A stretch of 22,454 bases of DNA from Candidatus Spechtbacteria bacterium RIFCSPHIGHO2_02_FULL_43_15b (GCA_001819985.1 MHOE01000016.1:1-22454); one strand, 5' to 3'; shown: positions 6,437-15,067, counted from the first letter of the stretch. Translations and numbers: made by a program. Notes: generated from the letters alone by a model not told the origin.

Positions 6437-7795
6437 ATGGTAACGCTTACTTTTTGCGGCGGGGCGCGTTCTGTTACGGGAGCGAATTATCTCGTAGAGA
6501 CCGCGAATTCCAAAATCTTGGTTGATTGCGGATTGGCTCAAGGATCGCGCTACGCGGAAGTTCAAAACTACAAAAATTTTTCATATGACCCCAAAACGAT
6601 AGATGCTGTGGTTATTACTCACGCGCATATAGACCACACTGGCAGGTTGCCAAAACTTGTGAGGGATGGTTTTCGCGGGAAAATTTTTATGACCCGTCCC
6701 ACTCAAGATCTCGCGAGTATAATGCTGGAAGACGCGCAGGGTTTGATTGGGGAAGAGGCTCGGCGGGATCGCCATGAGCCATTGTATTTGAAGGAAGACA
6801 AAGAAAATACCATAAAATTGATGGAGGGCGTTGACTACGGAGATGAGATGGAAGTGAATAAAGATATAAAATTCAGACTGCGGGATGCGGGGCATATCTT
6901 AGGGTCCGCGATAGTTGAAATGTGGGTGGAAGGAAAGAAAATAGTTTTTTCCGGAGACCTAGGAAATCCTCCGGTGCCGTTGCTTAAACCGACGGAATAT
7001 ATAGACGATGCGGAGTATGTTGTTGTTGAGTCCACTTACGGCGATAGATTGCACGAAGCGGTAGATGAGCGGAGAAATATGCTGGAAGACGCGATAGAAG
7101 ATACGGTAGCAAGAGGCGGAGTTTTAATGATTCCCGCCTTTGCTCTCGAGAGGACGCAGGAGTTGCTTTATGAATTAAATTCGCTTGTTGAAAACCACAG
7201 AATACCGGAAGTTCCGATTTTTATTGATAGTCCGCTCGCGATAGACGCAACGGAAATATACAAAAAATATCCGGAGTATTACAACAAGAACGCCGTTTAT
7301 CTCATAGAATCGGGAGATCAGCTGTTTAAGTTTCCGCGACTTAAACTTTGCTACACTACGGAAGAATCCAAAGCCATAAACGATGTGCCTGCTCCAAAGA
7401 TAATAATTGCCGGTTCAGGAATGTCTTCGGGTGGCAGGATTCTCCATCACGAAAGAAGGTATCTCTCCGATCCGAATAGTTTATTTCTAATAATCGGCTA
7501 CCAAAGCGCGGGAAGTTTGGGAAGGGCTGTGTTCGACAAAGCGAGAGAGGTGAAAATAATGGGGGAAAGCGTGCGCGTGAATTGCGAAATCCGCGCCATA
7601 GGCGGATATTCCGCTCACGCGGATCAGGCGAAACTTTATCATTGGGTTTCTCACATAAAAGACGGAGGGAAACTTAAGAAAGTTTTTGCGGTGCAGGGAG
7701 AAGACGCGGCTTCCCTTGCGTTTGTAAGGTTGTTAAGAGATAATTTAGGCGTGGACGCGGACGCGCCTCTTTTAGGAGATAAAGTTGAATTATGA
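6437..7795 (+). CDS. Metallo-beta-lactamase / beta-CASP family nuclease (RNase J/CPSF-like, RNA-metabolising MBL)
   Basis: Start chosen at ATG 6437 (MVTLTFCGGARSVTGANYLV matches the usual N-terminus of the family). MBL motif VITHAHIDHTG. Also DAGHILGS, ESTYGDR, and beta-CASP motif C GGYSAHAD near the C-terminus. Confidence 0.85.
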   Translation: MVTLTFCGGARSVTGANYLVETANSKILVDCGLAQGSRYAEVQNYKNFSYDPKTIDAVVITHAHIDHTGRLPKLVRDGFRGKIFMTRPTQDLASIMLEDAQGLIGEEARRDRHEPLYLKEDKENTIKLMEGVDYGDEMEVNKDIKFRLRDAGHILGSAIVEMWVEGKKIVFSGDLGNPPVPLLKPTEYIDDAEYVVVESTYGDRLHEAVDERRNMLEDAIEDTVARGGVLMIPAFALERTQELLYELNSLVENHRIPEVPIFIDSPLAIDATEIYKKYPEYYNKNAVYLIESGDQLFKFPRLKLCYTTEESKAINDVPAPKIIIAGSGMSSGGRILHHERRYLSDPNSLFLIIGYQSAGSLGRAVFDKAREVKIMGESVRVNCEIRAIGGYSAHADQAKLYHWVSHIKDGGKLKKVFAVQGEDAASLAFVRLLRDNLGVDADAPLLGDKVEL

Positions 7796-7808
7796 TTAAA
7801 AATTCATT

Positions 7809-8363
7809 ATGAAATACAAACTTTGCGTTTCTGGCGCGGCAGAAACAACTCATTGCGGAAAAGATAGCTTGGAACTGGCGAAAGAGACAGGCAGGGAAAT
7901 CGTAAGGCAAGGCGGAGTATTGGTAACTGGAGCTACTACCGGAATGCCTTACTGGGCGGCTATAGGCGCAAAAGAGGAAGGGGGATTTTCAATAGGTCTT
8001 TCTCCGGCTGTTTCCGAAAGAGAACATAGAAAAGTTTACCGCTTGCCGACGGATTATTTCGATATCATCATATATACTGGATTTAACTATTCGGGCAGGA
8101 ATTTGTTTTTAATACGCGCGTGCGATGCGGTTATCGTGATTTGCGGCAGGATGGGGACTTTGAATGAGTTTACGATTGCGTTTGAGGACGGCAAGCCCAT
8201 TGGAGTTTTGGAAGGAAGCGGAGGAACCGCGGATATGATACGGGAGATTATAGAAAGGACGAGAAAAGGTTCTGGGCAAATTGTCTATGACAAAGACCCA
8301 AAGGTGCTGGTGGAGAAAGTTATAAAGCTAGTCGAGGAAGGCAAAGAAAAGGACACGCACTAA
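7809..8363 (+). CDS. TIGR00725-like / LOG (lysine-decarboxylase-like, SLOG) family Rossmann protein
   Basis: GGVLVTGATTGMPYWAAIGAKEEGG and ICGRMGTLNEF correspond to the GG-x-x-G-x-M and G-x-GT-x-x-E motifs of the LOG/TIGR00725 fold. Starts 13 nt after the beta-CASP stop. Confidence 0.7.
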   Translation: MKYKLCVSGAAETTHCGKDSLELAKETGREIVRQGGVLVTGATTGMPYWAAIGAKEEGGFSIGLSPAVSEREHRKVYRLPTDYFDIIIYTGFNYSGRNLFLIRACDAVIVICGRMGTLNEFTIAFEDGKPIGVLEGSGGTADMIREIIERTRKGSGQIVYDKDPKVLVEKVIKLVEEGKEKDTH

Positions 8364-8389
8364 AAGCAAACACTCGTTAAGATTAGAAG

Positions 8390-9514
8390 ATGAAAAATTT
8401 TATCTTCGCTATAGCGACGCTTGTCGGAACTATTGTGGGCCTCGGGATGTTCGGCATTCCTTACACCGTTTCAAAAGCGGGTTTTTTTGTCGGGATTTTA
8501 TACTTAATTGTACTAGGATTTGTATTTGTGATTCTGCACCTCATGCAAGGTGAAATTGTCGAGAGGGACAATAGCAGTCATAGGCTGACGGGCTTTATAG
8601 GCAAATACCTGGGCGCAAGATGGAAGGCATTTATAGGGCTAATGATAATAACAGGCATTTACGCGGGATTGCTTGCTTATATTATTGTGGGGGGCAAGTT
8701 TCTGTCGTCTTCGATGGGGGGTTTCTTGGAGCCGGACATAGCGGGTTTGCTTTTTTGGCTGGTTATGTCTGTTTTTGTATGGCTGGGTCTTAAAACCATA
8801 GGAGAAATTGAACTTTTAATGACAGGACTTTTAATATTGATTGTGGTGGGTTTATTTGTTTTTGGCGTGGGAAATTTAGATTTGGAATCCCTGCCGCCTT
8901 TTAATTTTTCGGGGTTGTTTTTGCCTTACGGAGTTATACTTTTCGCGTATAGCGGGTTTGTCGCGATACCGGAAATAAAGGAGCTTCTTAAAAACAGCAG
9001 TAAGATGTACAAGATGGCTATTATCGCGGGGTCGGGGATACCGATTATCGTTTACTTATTATTTACCTTTATGGTGGTTGGAATATCGGGAGAAAACACC
9101 ACAGAGGAAGCGTTTGTCGGTTTGGAGAATCATTTGGGAGGATTTGTGATAAGGATGGGTTCGTTATTCGGAGTTTTGGCGATCGCGACATCGTATCTTG
9201 TTCTGGGTGTCAGCTTAAAGCACACATTTGAGAATGATTGGCGCTTGCCAAAATGGATAGCGGGATTTTTAGTTACGGTGATGCCCGCGTTGCTGTTTGT
9301 TTCAGGAAGTCAGGATTTTATAAAAGTGATATCGTTCGCAGGCGCTGTTGTGGGAGCCCCGATAATTATAAGCATCGTTCTTGTTTATGATAAGATATTG
9401 GAAAAAAACAAGTCGCGTCCATCGATAGTGAATGTGCCTAGATTTTTTAGGTGGGGTCTTATAGCGTTATTTGCGCTGGGAGGGGCGTATGAGGTAATAT
9501 ATCTAATAAAATAG
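8390..9514 (+). CDS. Amino-acid permease (APC superfamily, Aa_trans / aromatic amino-acid permease-like)
   Basis: 374 aa with about 11 hydrophobic helices. N-terminal GTIVGLGMFGIPYTVSKAG resembles the G-x-G-(M/I)-L-x-(L/I)-P signature of these permeases. Confidence 0.7.
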   Translation: MKNFIFAIATLVGTIVGLGMFGIPYTVSKAGFFVGILYLIVLGFVFVILHLMQGEIVERDNSSHRLTGFIGKYLGARWKAFIGLMIITGIYAGLLAYIIVGGKFLSSSMGGFLEPDIAGLLFWLVMSVFVWLGLKTIGEIELLMTGLLILIVVGLFVFGVGNLDLESLPPFNFSGLFLPYGVILFAYSGFVAIPEIKELLKNSSKMYKMAIIAGSGIPIIVYLLFTFMVVGISGENTTEEAFVGLENHLGGFVIRMGSLFGVLAIATSYLVLGVSLKHTFENDWRLPKWIAGFLVTVMPALLFVSGSQDFIKVISFAGAVVGAPIIISIVLVYDKILEKNKSRPSIVNVPRFFRWGLIALFALGGAYEVIYLIK

Positions 9515-9646
9515 GTGAAACAAAAATACGGATTTGCTAAGAGTTTGTTTTGAGTCGAACTTGGTGCTCTGCATAGATTCGCTTTAGCGTTTAGGAGCGT
9601 TGCGATAATAGGCAGGTTCGTTATTTGCGATTTCATTTTTACTTTA

Positions 9647-10195
9647 ATGAAAACAAATTTACCAAAATACAAAGAGCCTGAAGCTTTCGGCAAGTCGCAC
9701 GCTTCAATGGAAAAATCCAAAAAAGAAGAACAGGAGTTCGGTCCCGGAAAAGAGAGTATAGGGATATGCAGGGACTGTGGGGCTATGTACTATAATAAAA
9801 GCTGGCATCATAACTTGAGAAATTATAAGCAGTTGGACGAAGATAAGAAAGTAAATTTTTTTATTTGCCCCGCTTGTAAAATGATCGGAGATCAAAAATT
9901 CGAAGGGCAGGCGATATTGGAAAATGTGCCTGAAAATCTATTGTCCGAAGCGGTAAGAAATATTGAAAATACGGGAGAAAGGGCCTATAAAAGAGACCCA
10001 ATGGATAGAATAATAAAGATTAAAAAGCAAAAATCAAAAACCGAAGGAACATGGAATGTCGAGGTATTGGCGACAGAAAACCAGCTTGCGAGAAACATAG
10101 CGAGACAAATCGAGAAAGCGTTCAAGGGATCCGGCAGTAATGTGAAATGGTCAAGAAACGAAAGCACGGCTAGGATAGTCGTTAGGTTTATTTGA
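9647..10195 (+). CDS. Zinc-ribbon protein, BCAM0308-like / NMD3-related conserved hypothetical
   Basis: Two CxxC pairs (CRDCGAMYYNKSW ... CPACKMIGD). Downstream pattern (G-x-x-x-L..., RDPMDRIIKIK, LARNIARQIEKAF) recalls the BCAM0308 family from memory. The exact start is uncertain because M22 is also possible. Confidence 0.5.
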   Translation: MKTNLPKYKEPEAFGKSHASMEKSKKEEQEFGPGKESIGICRDCGAMYYNKSWHHNLRNYKQLDEDKKVNFFICPACKMIGDQKFEGQAILENVPENLLSEAVRNIENTGERAYKRDPMDRIIKIKKQKSKTEGTWNVEVLATENQLARNIARQIEKAFKGSGSNVKWSRNESTARIVVRFI

Positions 10196-10197
10196 CT

Positions 10198-11490
10198 ATG
10201 AAGTATATTGGAGATTTTCATATTCATTCTCACTTTTCACGCGCTACATCGCGCGATATGAATATCGAGGAGCTAGATAAATGGGCGAGAATCAAGGGAG
10301 TTAATATTTTAGGCACCGGCGATTTCACCCATCCAAGATGGCTTCGCGAATTACGGGACAAATTGACTCCGGCGGAAGAAGGTTTATACAAATTCAAGAA
10401 CGGAAAATCTCCAATCCGTTTCATCTTAACCGTTGAAGTCAGCAGTATTTATTCTGAAGGAGGAAGAGTAAGGAGGATCCATAATATAATATTCGCGCCT
10501 TCGTTTGATGCTGTCGCGAAAATAAACAAGCGGCTTTCAGAAGTCGGAAATCTTCGCGCTGATGGCAGACCTATACTAGGGTTACCGGCGAGGGAGCTTA
10601 TCAAAATCGCGCTTGATGCCTCGGAGCAATGCCTTTTGGTTCCGGCTCACGCTTGGACTCCGTGGTTTTCCGTGTTTGGTTCGAAATCCGGGTACGACTC
10701 AATAGAGGAGTGTTTCGGAGAGATGTCCAAGTATATTTACGCTATAGAGACGGGTCTTTCTTCGGATCCTTCTATGAACTGGCGTTTATCCAAACTGGAT
10801 GGTGTAACTCTTATTTCGAATTCGGACTGCCATAGCGCAAGCCGTATAGGCCGTGAGGCGAATGTTTTCGAAGGAGAGGATTTCGGTAACGGTAAATCGG
10901 AACCAAACTATGAAGATATCATAAACGCGATTAAATACAGCCGTGTGAGCAAAGGAAAAAATTTGCGCTTTAAGTTATCGGAGACCATCGAATTTTTTCC
11001 CGAAGAGGGTAAGTATCATTATGATGGACACAGATTATGCAGGGTAAGTTTGAAACCCGAAGATTCGAGAAAGATAAAACAAATATGTCCAAAATGCGGC
11101 AAACCTTTTACCGTGGGCGTACTATCGAGAGTGGAAGAACTTGCCGACAGGCCGAAAGGCGCGAGGCCCAAGAACGCCATACCATTCAAAAATTTAGTTC
11201 CCTTAGCCGAGATTATAGGAGGAGCTTTGGGAATTGGTCCAAAGACAAAAGGGGTAGCTAAAGAGTATAATAAACTTGTGGAATATTTTGGAAATGAATT
11301 TTCGGTACTGCTAGACGCCGACTTGAAAGACGCGGCTCTTGTTTCACTTCCGGAAATTTCAGAGGGTTTACGGAGGGTAAGAAAAGGCGAGCTGGATATT
11401 GAGCCCGGCTACGACGGAGAGTACGGCAAGGTTGGGATATTTAAGGACGCGGAAAAAAGGCGCAAAACATCGCAGGCGAAGTTGTTTTAG
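10198..11490 (+). CDS. endoQ: Endonuclease Q (PHP-domain, zinc-finger DNA repair endonuclease acting 5' of dU/hypoxanthine)
   Basis: GDFHIHSHFSRATS; GTGDFTHPRW; VPAHAWTPWFS; ETGLSSDPSMN; ISNSDCHSASRIGREANVFE; GKYHYDGHRLC; CPKCGKPFTVGVLSRVEELAD; VPLAEIIG. This series is colinear with Pyrococcus EndoQ as I remember it. The ATG lies 2 nt after the upstream stop; an alternative TTG at 10192 overlaps it. Confidence 0.85.
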   Translation: MKYIGDFHIHSHFSRATSRDMNIEELDKWARIKGVNILGTGDFTHPRWLRELRDKLTPAEEGLYKFKNGKSPIRFILTVEVSSIYSEGGRVRRIHNIIFAPSFDAVAKINKRLSEVGNLRADGRPILGLPARELIKIALDASEQCLLVPAHAWTPWFSVFGSKSGYDSIEECFGEMSKYIYAIETGLSSDPSMNWRLSKLDGVTLISNSDCHSASRIGREANVFEGEDFGNGKSEPNYEDIINAIKYSRVSKGKNLRFKLSETIEFFPEEGKYHYDGHRLCRVSLKPEDSRKIKQICPKCGKPFTVGVLSRVEELADRPKGARPKNAIPFKNLVPLAEIIGGALGIGPKTKGVAKEYNKLVEYFGNEFSVLLDADLKDAALVSLPEISEGLRRVRKGELDIEPGYDGEYGKVGIFKDAEKRRKTSQAKLF

Positions 11491-11612
11491 CCGTAATATT
11501 TAAAACAAGCGCGAATTTAGTTTAAGAAATCTAATTTCCTTGCAGTATTTTAACTGTTTAACTTTCAGGTTTTTAAATTATTTTGAAACTTAAAGTTTGA
11601 AACCTTTATTTT

Positions 11613-12245
11613 ATGGTTTTTATACCAAAAGTGAACAAGGTGATAAAAGTTTTAGTCGCTACGGATGTAATAATATACAGTTCGTGGGGTCTTGCGATGC
11701 CGATTTTCGCGGTGTTCGTTCTCGATTCCATAAAAAACGGCGACGAGGGGGTTATCGGAATGACTGTCGGGGTGTACTGGGTGGTAAAGTCCATATTGCA
11801 GATGCCCATAGGGAAATTTTTAGACAGGGAAGGGGGAGAAGGGGACGATTTATGGTTTATGATAATTGGGACTTTCATAGCTTCTTTTATACCGATAGGA
11901 TTTATATTCGCGTCCGAACCTATGCATTTGTATATTCTGGAAGGCATTCACGCCGCGGCAATGGCCATGGTGATACCGGCATGGGGCGGGATTTTCACGA
12001 GGCACATGGATAAAGGCGTGGAAGCGGAAACTTGGGGCGTCGAAAGCTCCGCGCTTGGTCTTGGGGTGGGAATCGCGGGTATAGCTGGAGGATTTATAGC
12101 AGAAGCGATGGGATTTATCCCGCTTTTTATAGCAGTTTCTGTGATAGGTATGTTTGGAACATTTATGTTGCTTTTAATAAAGAAAGATATGGCAGGTAAA
12201 CAAGTATCAATGATGCCCTTGAAGCATATATCTCACATAAAGTAA
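11613..12245 (+). CDS. Six-TM half-size MFS-like membrane protein
   Basis: 210 aa with six hydrophobic helices. The loop after TM2, MPIGKFLDREGGE, resembles MFS motif A (G-x-L-a-D-r-x-G). No second half upstream; 11491-11612 is AT-rich non-coding. Confidence 0.55.
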   Translation: MVFIPKVNKVIKVLVATDVIIYSSWGLAMPIFAVFVLDSIKNGDEGVIGMTVGVYWVVKSILQMPIGKFLDREGGEGDDLWFMIIGTFIASFIPIGFIFASEPMHLYILEGIHAAAMAMVIPAWGGIFTRHMDKGVEAETWGVESSALGLGVGIAGIAGGFIAEAMGFIPLFIAVSVIGMFGTFMLLLIKKDMAGKQVSMMPLKHISHIK

Positions 12246-12265
12246 AATTCGAACAAAAAGAAAAA

Positions 12266-12303
12266 CCCCAGCATAATTTGCGCTGGGGTGGTGTGCTTTT
12301 TTT
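12266..12303 (+). terminator. Terminator of the MFS-like gene
   Basis: CCCCAGC-ataatttgc-GCTGGGG hairpin (12266-12288), followed a few nt later by a T-run (12296-12303). Confidence 0.6.
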
Positions 12304-12361
12304 GGAGGACCCCCTCGCTCTTGTAGTCCTTTAGTGACCCTAGGTGAGTGCACTATCGGAC

Positions 12362-12393
12362 CTTTTTTCTTCTTTTTTAAAAGAAGAAAAAAG
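12362..12393. repeat. Perfect 15-bp-arm palindrome CTTTTTTCTTCTTTT-tt-AAAAGAAGAAAAAAG
   Basis: Verified base by base. It is nested inside a longer helix, 12304-12319 paired with 12406-12422. Confidence 0.8.
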
Positions 12394-12546
12394 TGGGAGG
12401 GAAAAAGCGGGGTAGGTCCTCCTCTCTGCCCCTGATTTTCAGGTCCAGGGAGGAGAACCTCATCATACGATCATTATATCATAAAGAAAAAATTTTGTCA
12501 ATAGTTTTGCACTAAAAGACCGTATTCTTTCAGATAAGGGCTGTAT

Positions 12547-13647
12547 TTAAGCCATTTTTAGCGTCATTCTTCTTTCCTGCGGTACTATTTGAGCTATTTT
12601 GAATTGGTACTCATTTCCTTCTTGGAGTTTGGATTTCATATCTTCTTCCGATGAAAATTCAGATATATGAACAAGTCCCTGTATAACTTCGTCCACTTTA
12701 ACAAGGGCTCCGTAGGAGTTTATTTTCGACACCACGCCCTTAACCGAAGATCCCTCTAAATATTTTTTATTAACATCTTTCCACGGGTCGTCTTTGAGGG
12801 CTTTTATAGACAAAGAAACTCTTCCGTCTTGGGTTATGTCTATAACTTTTACCTTTACCCTTTCTCCAATCGTAACGACATTTTGCGGGCGTTCAACCAG
12901 TTGCCAGTCAAGCTCGGATATATGTATAAGGCCTTCGACAAGCGGGTCTAATCTTATAAAAGCTCCGAATTCAACAACTCCTGTTATCTCGCCTTCAACA
13001 GTGTCTCCAACCTTGTATTTTTCGAGGGCTTTTTTAATTGCCTCTTCTTCTCCGGCTTTTTCCGAAACTATAAACTTTCTTTGCCTTTGGTCAACATCAA
13101 GAATTCTAACCTCCGTTGTTTTGTTTACGAATTTTTGAAGTTCCCTCAATATTTTTTCCTTGTCGCCTCCTTCCACTCTCGGATAATTGTTTGGAGATAA
13201 CTGGGATACGGGCATAAAACCCTCAACACCGTCTTTTTCTATTATTAAACCGCCTCGGTTTGCGGCTTTAATCTTTACCTCTATTAGCTCTTTGGTATCT
13301 CGCATTCTTTCAAGTTTTTGCCAGTTGTTTTCCTTGCCGGCGGCCGACATAGAAAGCTCTCTTAAGCCATTTTCATTTTCGAATTCAACAACTTTGGCGG
13401 ATAAGGCATCCCCTACATTTTTACCCTTAAGTTCGGATTGCGCTTCGTAGTATTCCCTTCCATATATGATTCCAGTACCGGCCATGCCAAGGTCAACATA
13501 AACAGCATTCCCTAATTTTGCTATAATTACGCCTTCTACCATATCTCCCTGTTTGGGAAACCTGAAAAGACCCCTTTCTTCTTCCATTACATCTTTCATT
13601 GCCGTGTTGCCCTTTGTTTTTTCGGCTATTTGAGCTTGTATTGCCAT
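12547..13647 (-). CDS. rpsA: 30S ribosomal protein S1 (four S1 domains)
   Basis: Four OB-fold S1 repeats: GDMVEGVIIAKLGNAVYVDLG; GGLIIEKDGVEGFMPVSQLS; GDTVEGEITGVVEFGAFIRL...GLIHISEL; GSSVKGVVSKINSYGALVKV...GLVHISEF. Confidence 0.9.
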   Translation of the reverse strand: MAIQAQIAEKTKGNTAMKDVMEEERGLFRFPKQGDMVEGVIIAKLGNAVYVDLGMAGTGIIYGREYYEAQSELKGKNVGDALSAKVVEFENENGLRELSMSAAGKENNWQKLERMRDTKELIEVKIKAANRGGLIIEKDGVEGFMPVSQLSPNNYPRVEGGDKEKILRELQKFVNKTTEVRILDVDQRQRKFIVSEKAGEEEAIKKALEKYKVGDTVEGEITGVVEFGAFIRLDPLVEGLIHISELDWQLVERPQNVVTIGERVKVKVIDITQDGRVSLSIKALKDDPWKDVNKKYLEGSSVKGVVSKINSYGALVKVDEVIQGLVHISEFSSEEDMKSKLQEGNEYQFKIAQIVPQERRMTLKMA

Positions 13648-13737
13648 ATGATTCTATTTATCATAAGCCAAATAAATAATCAAGTGGGCAAAGGTTAGGC
13701 CTATGCTTTGCCCTAACCTAAGCTAATAAGTAAGGAA

Positions 13738-13759
13738 AAGCCCCGAATTTACGGGGCTT
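13738..13759 (-). terminator. Rho-independent terminator of the upstream hypothetical gene, separating it from rpsA
   Basis: The minus strand reads AAGCCCCG-taaatt-CGGGGCTT followed by TTCC. Confidence 0.6.
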
Positions 13760-13775
13760 ATATTTTGCGGCAAGT

Positions 13776-14225
13776 TTAGCAAGAAAGCAACGCCGGAACA
13801 TCTTCGGGTCTTCTCTCGTGAAATTTTACCGCCCGGCCAGTATTCTTGGTTAAAATTTCAGCAATCGGAGCTAGCGCGCCTTCTATGATTTCAAAGTGAG
13901 TGCGCGTATAAACCAAGAAATTAAAACTCAAGTTCGAGTTATTTTCGTCCGGGTTCAATTCCAAACTTAGCACATATCTTTTGTCGGGGAGAATTAAAAA
14001 TCTTGTTCTTTCCCGACGCAAGCACGCAAACTGCCAAACGCCATGGCCGTTGTGTACTTGGTCATTGAATGTCCGCATTTGAACGCTATATGTTATAGGA
14101 CCGAGATAAAATCCGAGTTCGTCGAGTTTTTGAGCCGCGGTCTTAAAAAAGTTTTCCAGTTCTATCTCTACGCCCTCTGGTTGACTGCCAATTAAGGTGT
14201 CTTTTGCTACCTTTGAAAGGGGCAT
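13776..14225 (-). CDS. Hypothetical protein (no recognisable domain)
   Basis: ATG at 14225 is preceded by AAGGAGGG at about 10 nt; the listed TTG at 14234 is less likely. The gene has its own terminator. Confidence 0.5.
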   Translation of the reverse strand: MPLSKVAKDTLIGSQPEGVEIELENFFKTAAQKLDELGFYLGPITYSVQMRTFNDQVHNGHGVWQFACLRRERTRFLILPDKRYVLSLELNPDENNSNLSFNFLVYTRTHFEIIEGALAPIAEILTKNTGRAVKFHERRPEDVPALLSC

Positions 14226-14419
14226 CTGTCTCAACCCTCCTTTATATTTTTGAAGTTCGAGCTTATTAAATACCAGATATGTAAAAATGTGTCAAGTTTT
14301 TTAGGATATAGAATAATCTCGTCGGTTGTTAAAATGCGGGTTTTATGGCGCCACGCGAGGTTTGGATTGGATTTTGGACTTGAATGCGGTTTTTTTTCGT
14401 GATATTATTCTAGAGTAAT

Positions 14420-15067
14420 ATGATAATAAGCTGGTACGGGCAAGCGTGTTTTAAGATACAGAGCGGCGAGAAGGCGCTAATTTTGGATCCCTTCGAAAAA
14501 AGTATAGGCCTTACACCGCCAGCCGTATCCGCGGATATAGTTGCCGTAACGCACGATCATAAGGATCACAATAATTTCCAAACCGTAAAGGGAGAATATT
14601 TCCTCATAAATAGTCCGGGCGAATACGAGATAAAAGGTGTAAAGATTGCGGGTATTCCAAGCTTTCACGATAATGAAAAAGGCGCGAAACGAGGATTGAA
14701 TACAATGTACTTGATAGAATTCGAGGGTATGCGCGTTCTTCACATGGGCGATTTTGGCCAGGATTCTCTGGAGGATAAGCAGTCGGAACTATTGGGAACT
14801 GTGGATATTTTAATGGTGCCGGTAGGGGGGACTTTTACAATAGATGCTAAGGGCGCTGTCGGAATTATAAATCAAATAGAGCCGAAGATAGTTATACCAA
14901 TGCATTACAAAATTTCAAAGCTTACGATTTCGGAGCTTGACGGAGTGGACAAATTTATAAAGGAGTTTGGGGGAGAGGATGTTTCTCCGCAGGATAAACT
15001 TACAATAAAACATAAGGATTTAGGGGGCGAAGACGATAATATGAAATTGGTAATTCTGAAAGTTTAA
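14420..15067 (+). CDS. MBL-fold metal-dependent hydrolase (UPF0173-like)
   Basis: ISWYGQACFKI N-terminus, VAVTHDHKDH metal motif, HMGDFG and PMHY motifs. 215 aa. Confidence 0.8.
   Translation: MIISWYGQACFKIQSGEKALILDPFEKSIGLTPPAVSADIVAVTHDHKDHNNFQTVKGEYFLINSPGEYEIKGVKIAGIPSFHDNEKGAKRGLNTMYLIEFEGMRVLHMGDFGQDSLEDKQSELLGTVDILMVPVGGTFTIDAKGAVGIINQIEPKIVIPMHYKISKLTISELDGVDKFIKEFGGEDVSPQDKLTIKHKDLGGEDDNMKLVILKV

Noticed and set aside
11597-12013. ORFs 11597..12013 (+) and 11606..11947 (-) overlapping the MFS-like gene
   Set aside because: The translations are Arg/Gly-rich or otherwise implausible. The frame starting at 11613 gives six clean TM helices.
12415-12460. Possible SRP (4.5S) RNA because CAGGTCCAGGGAGGAGAACC resembles CAGGUCCGGAAGGAAGCAGCC
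   Set aside because: There is no GNRA tetraloop closed by the expected stem. The segment is fully explained as the 3' arm of a simple 14-bp hairpin.
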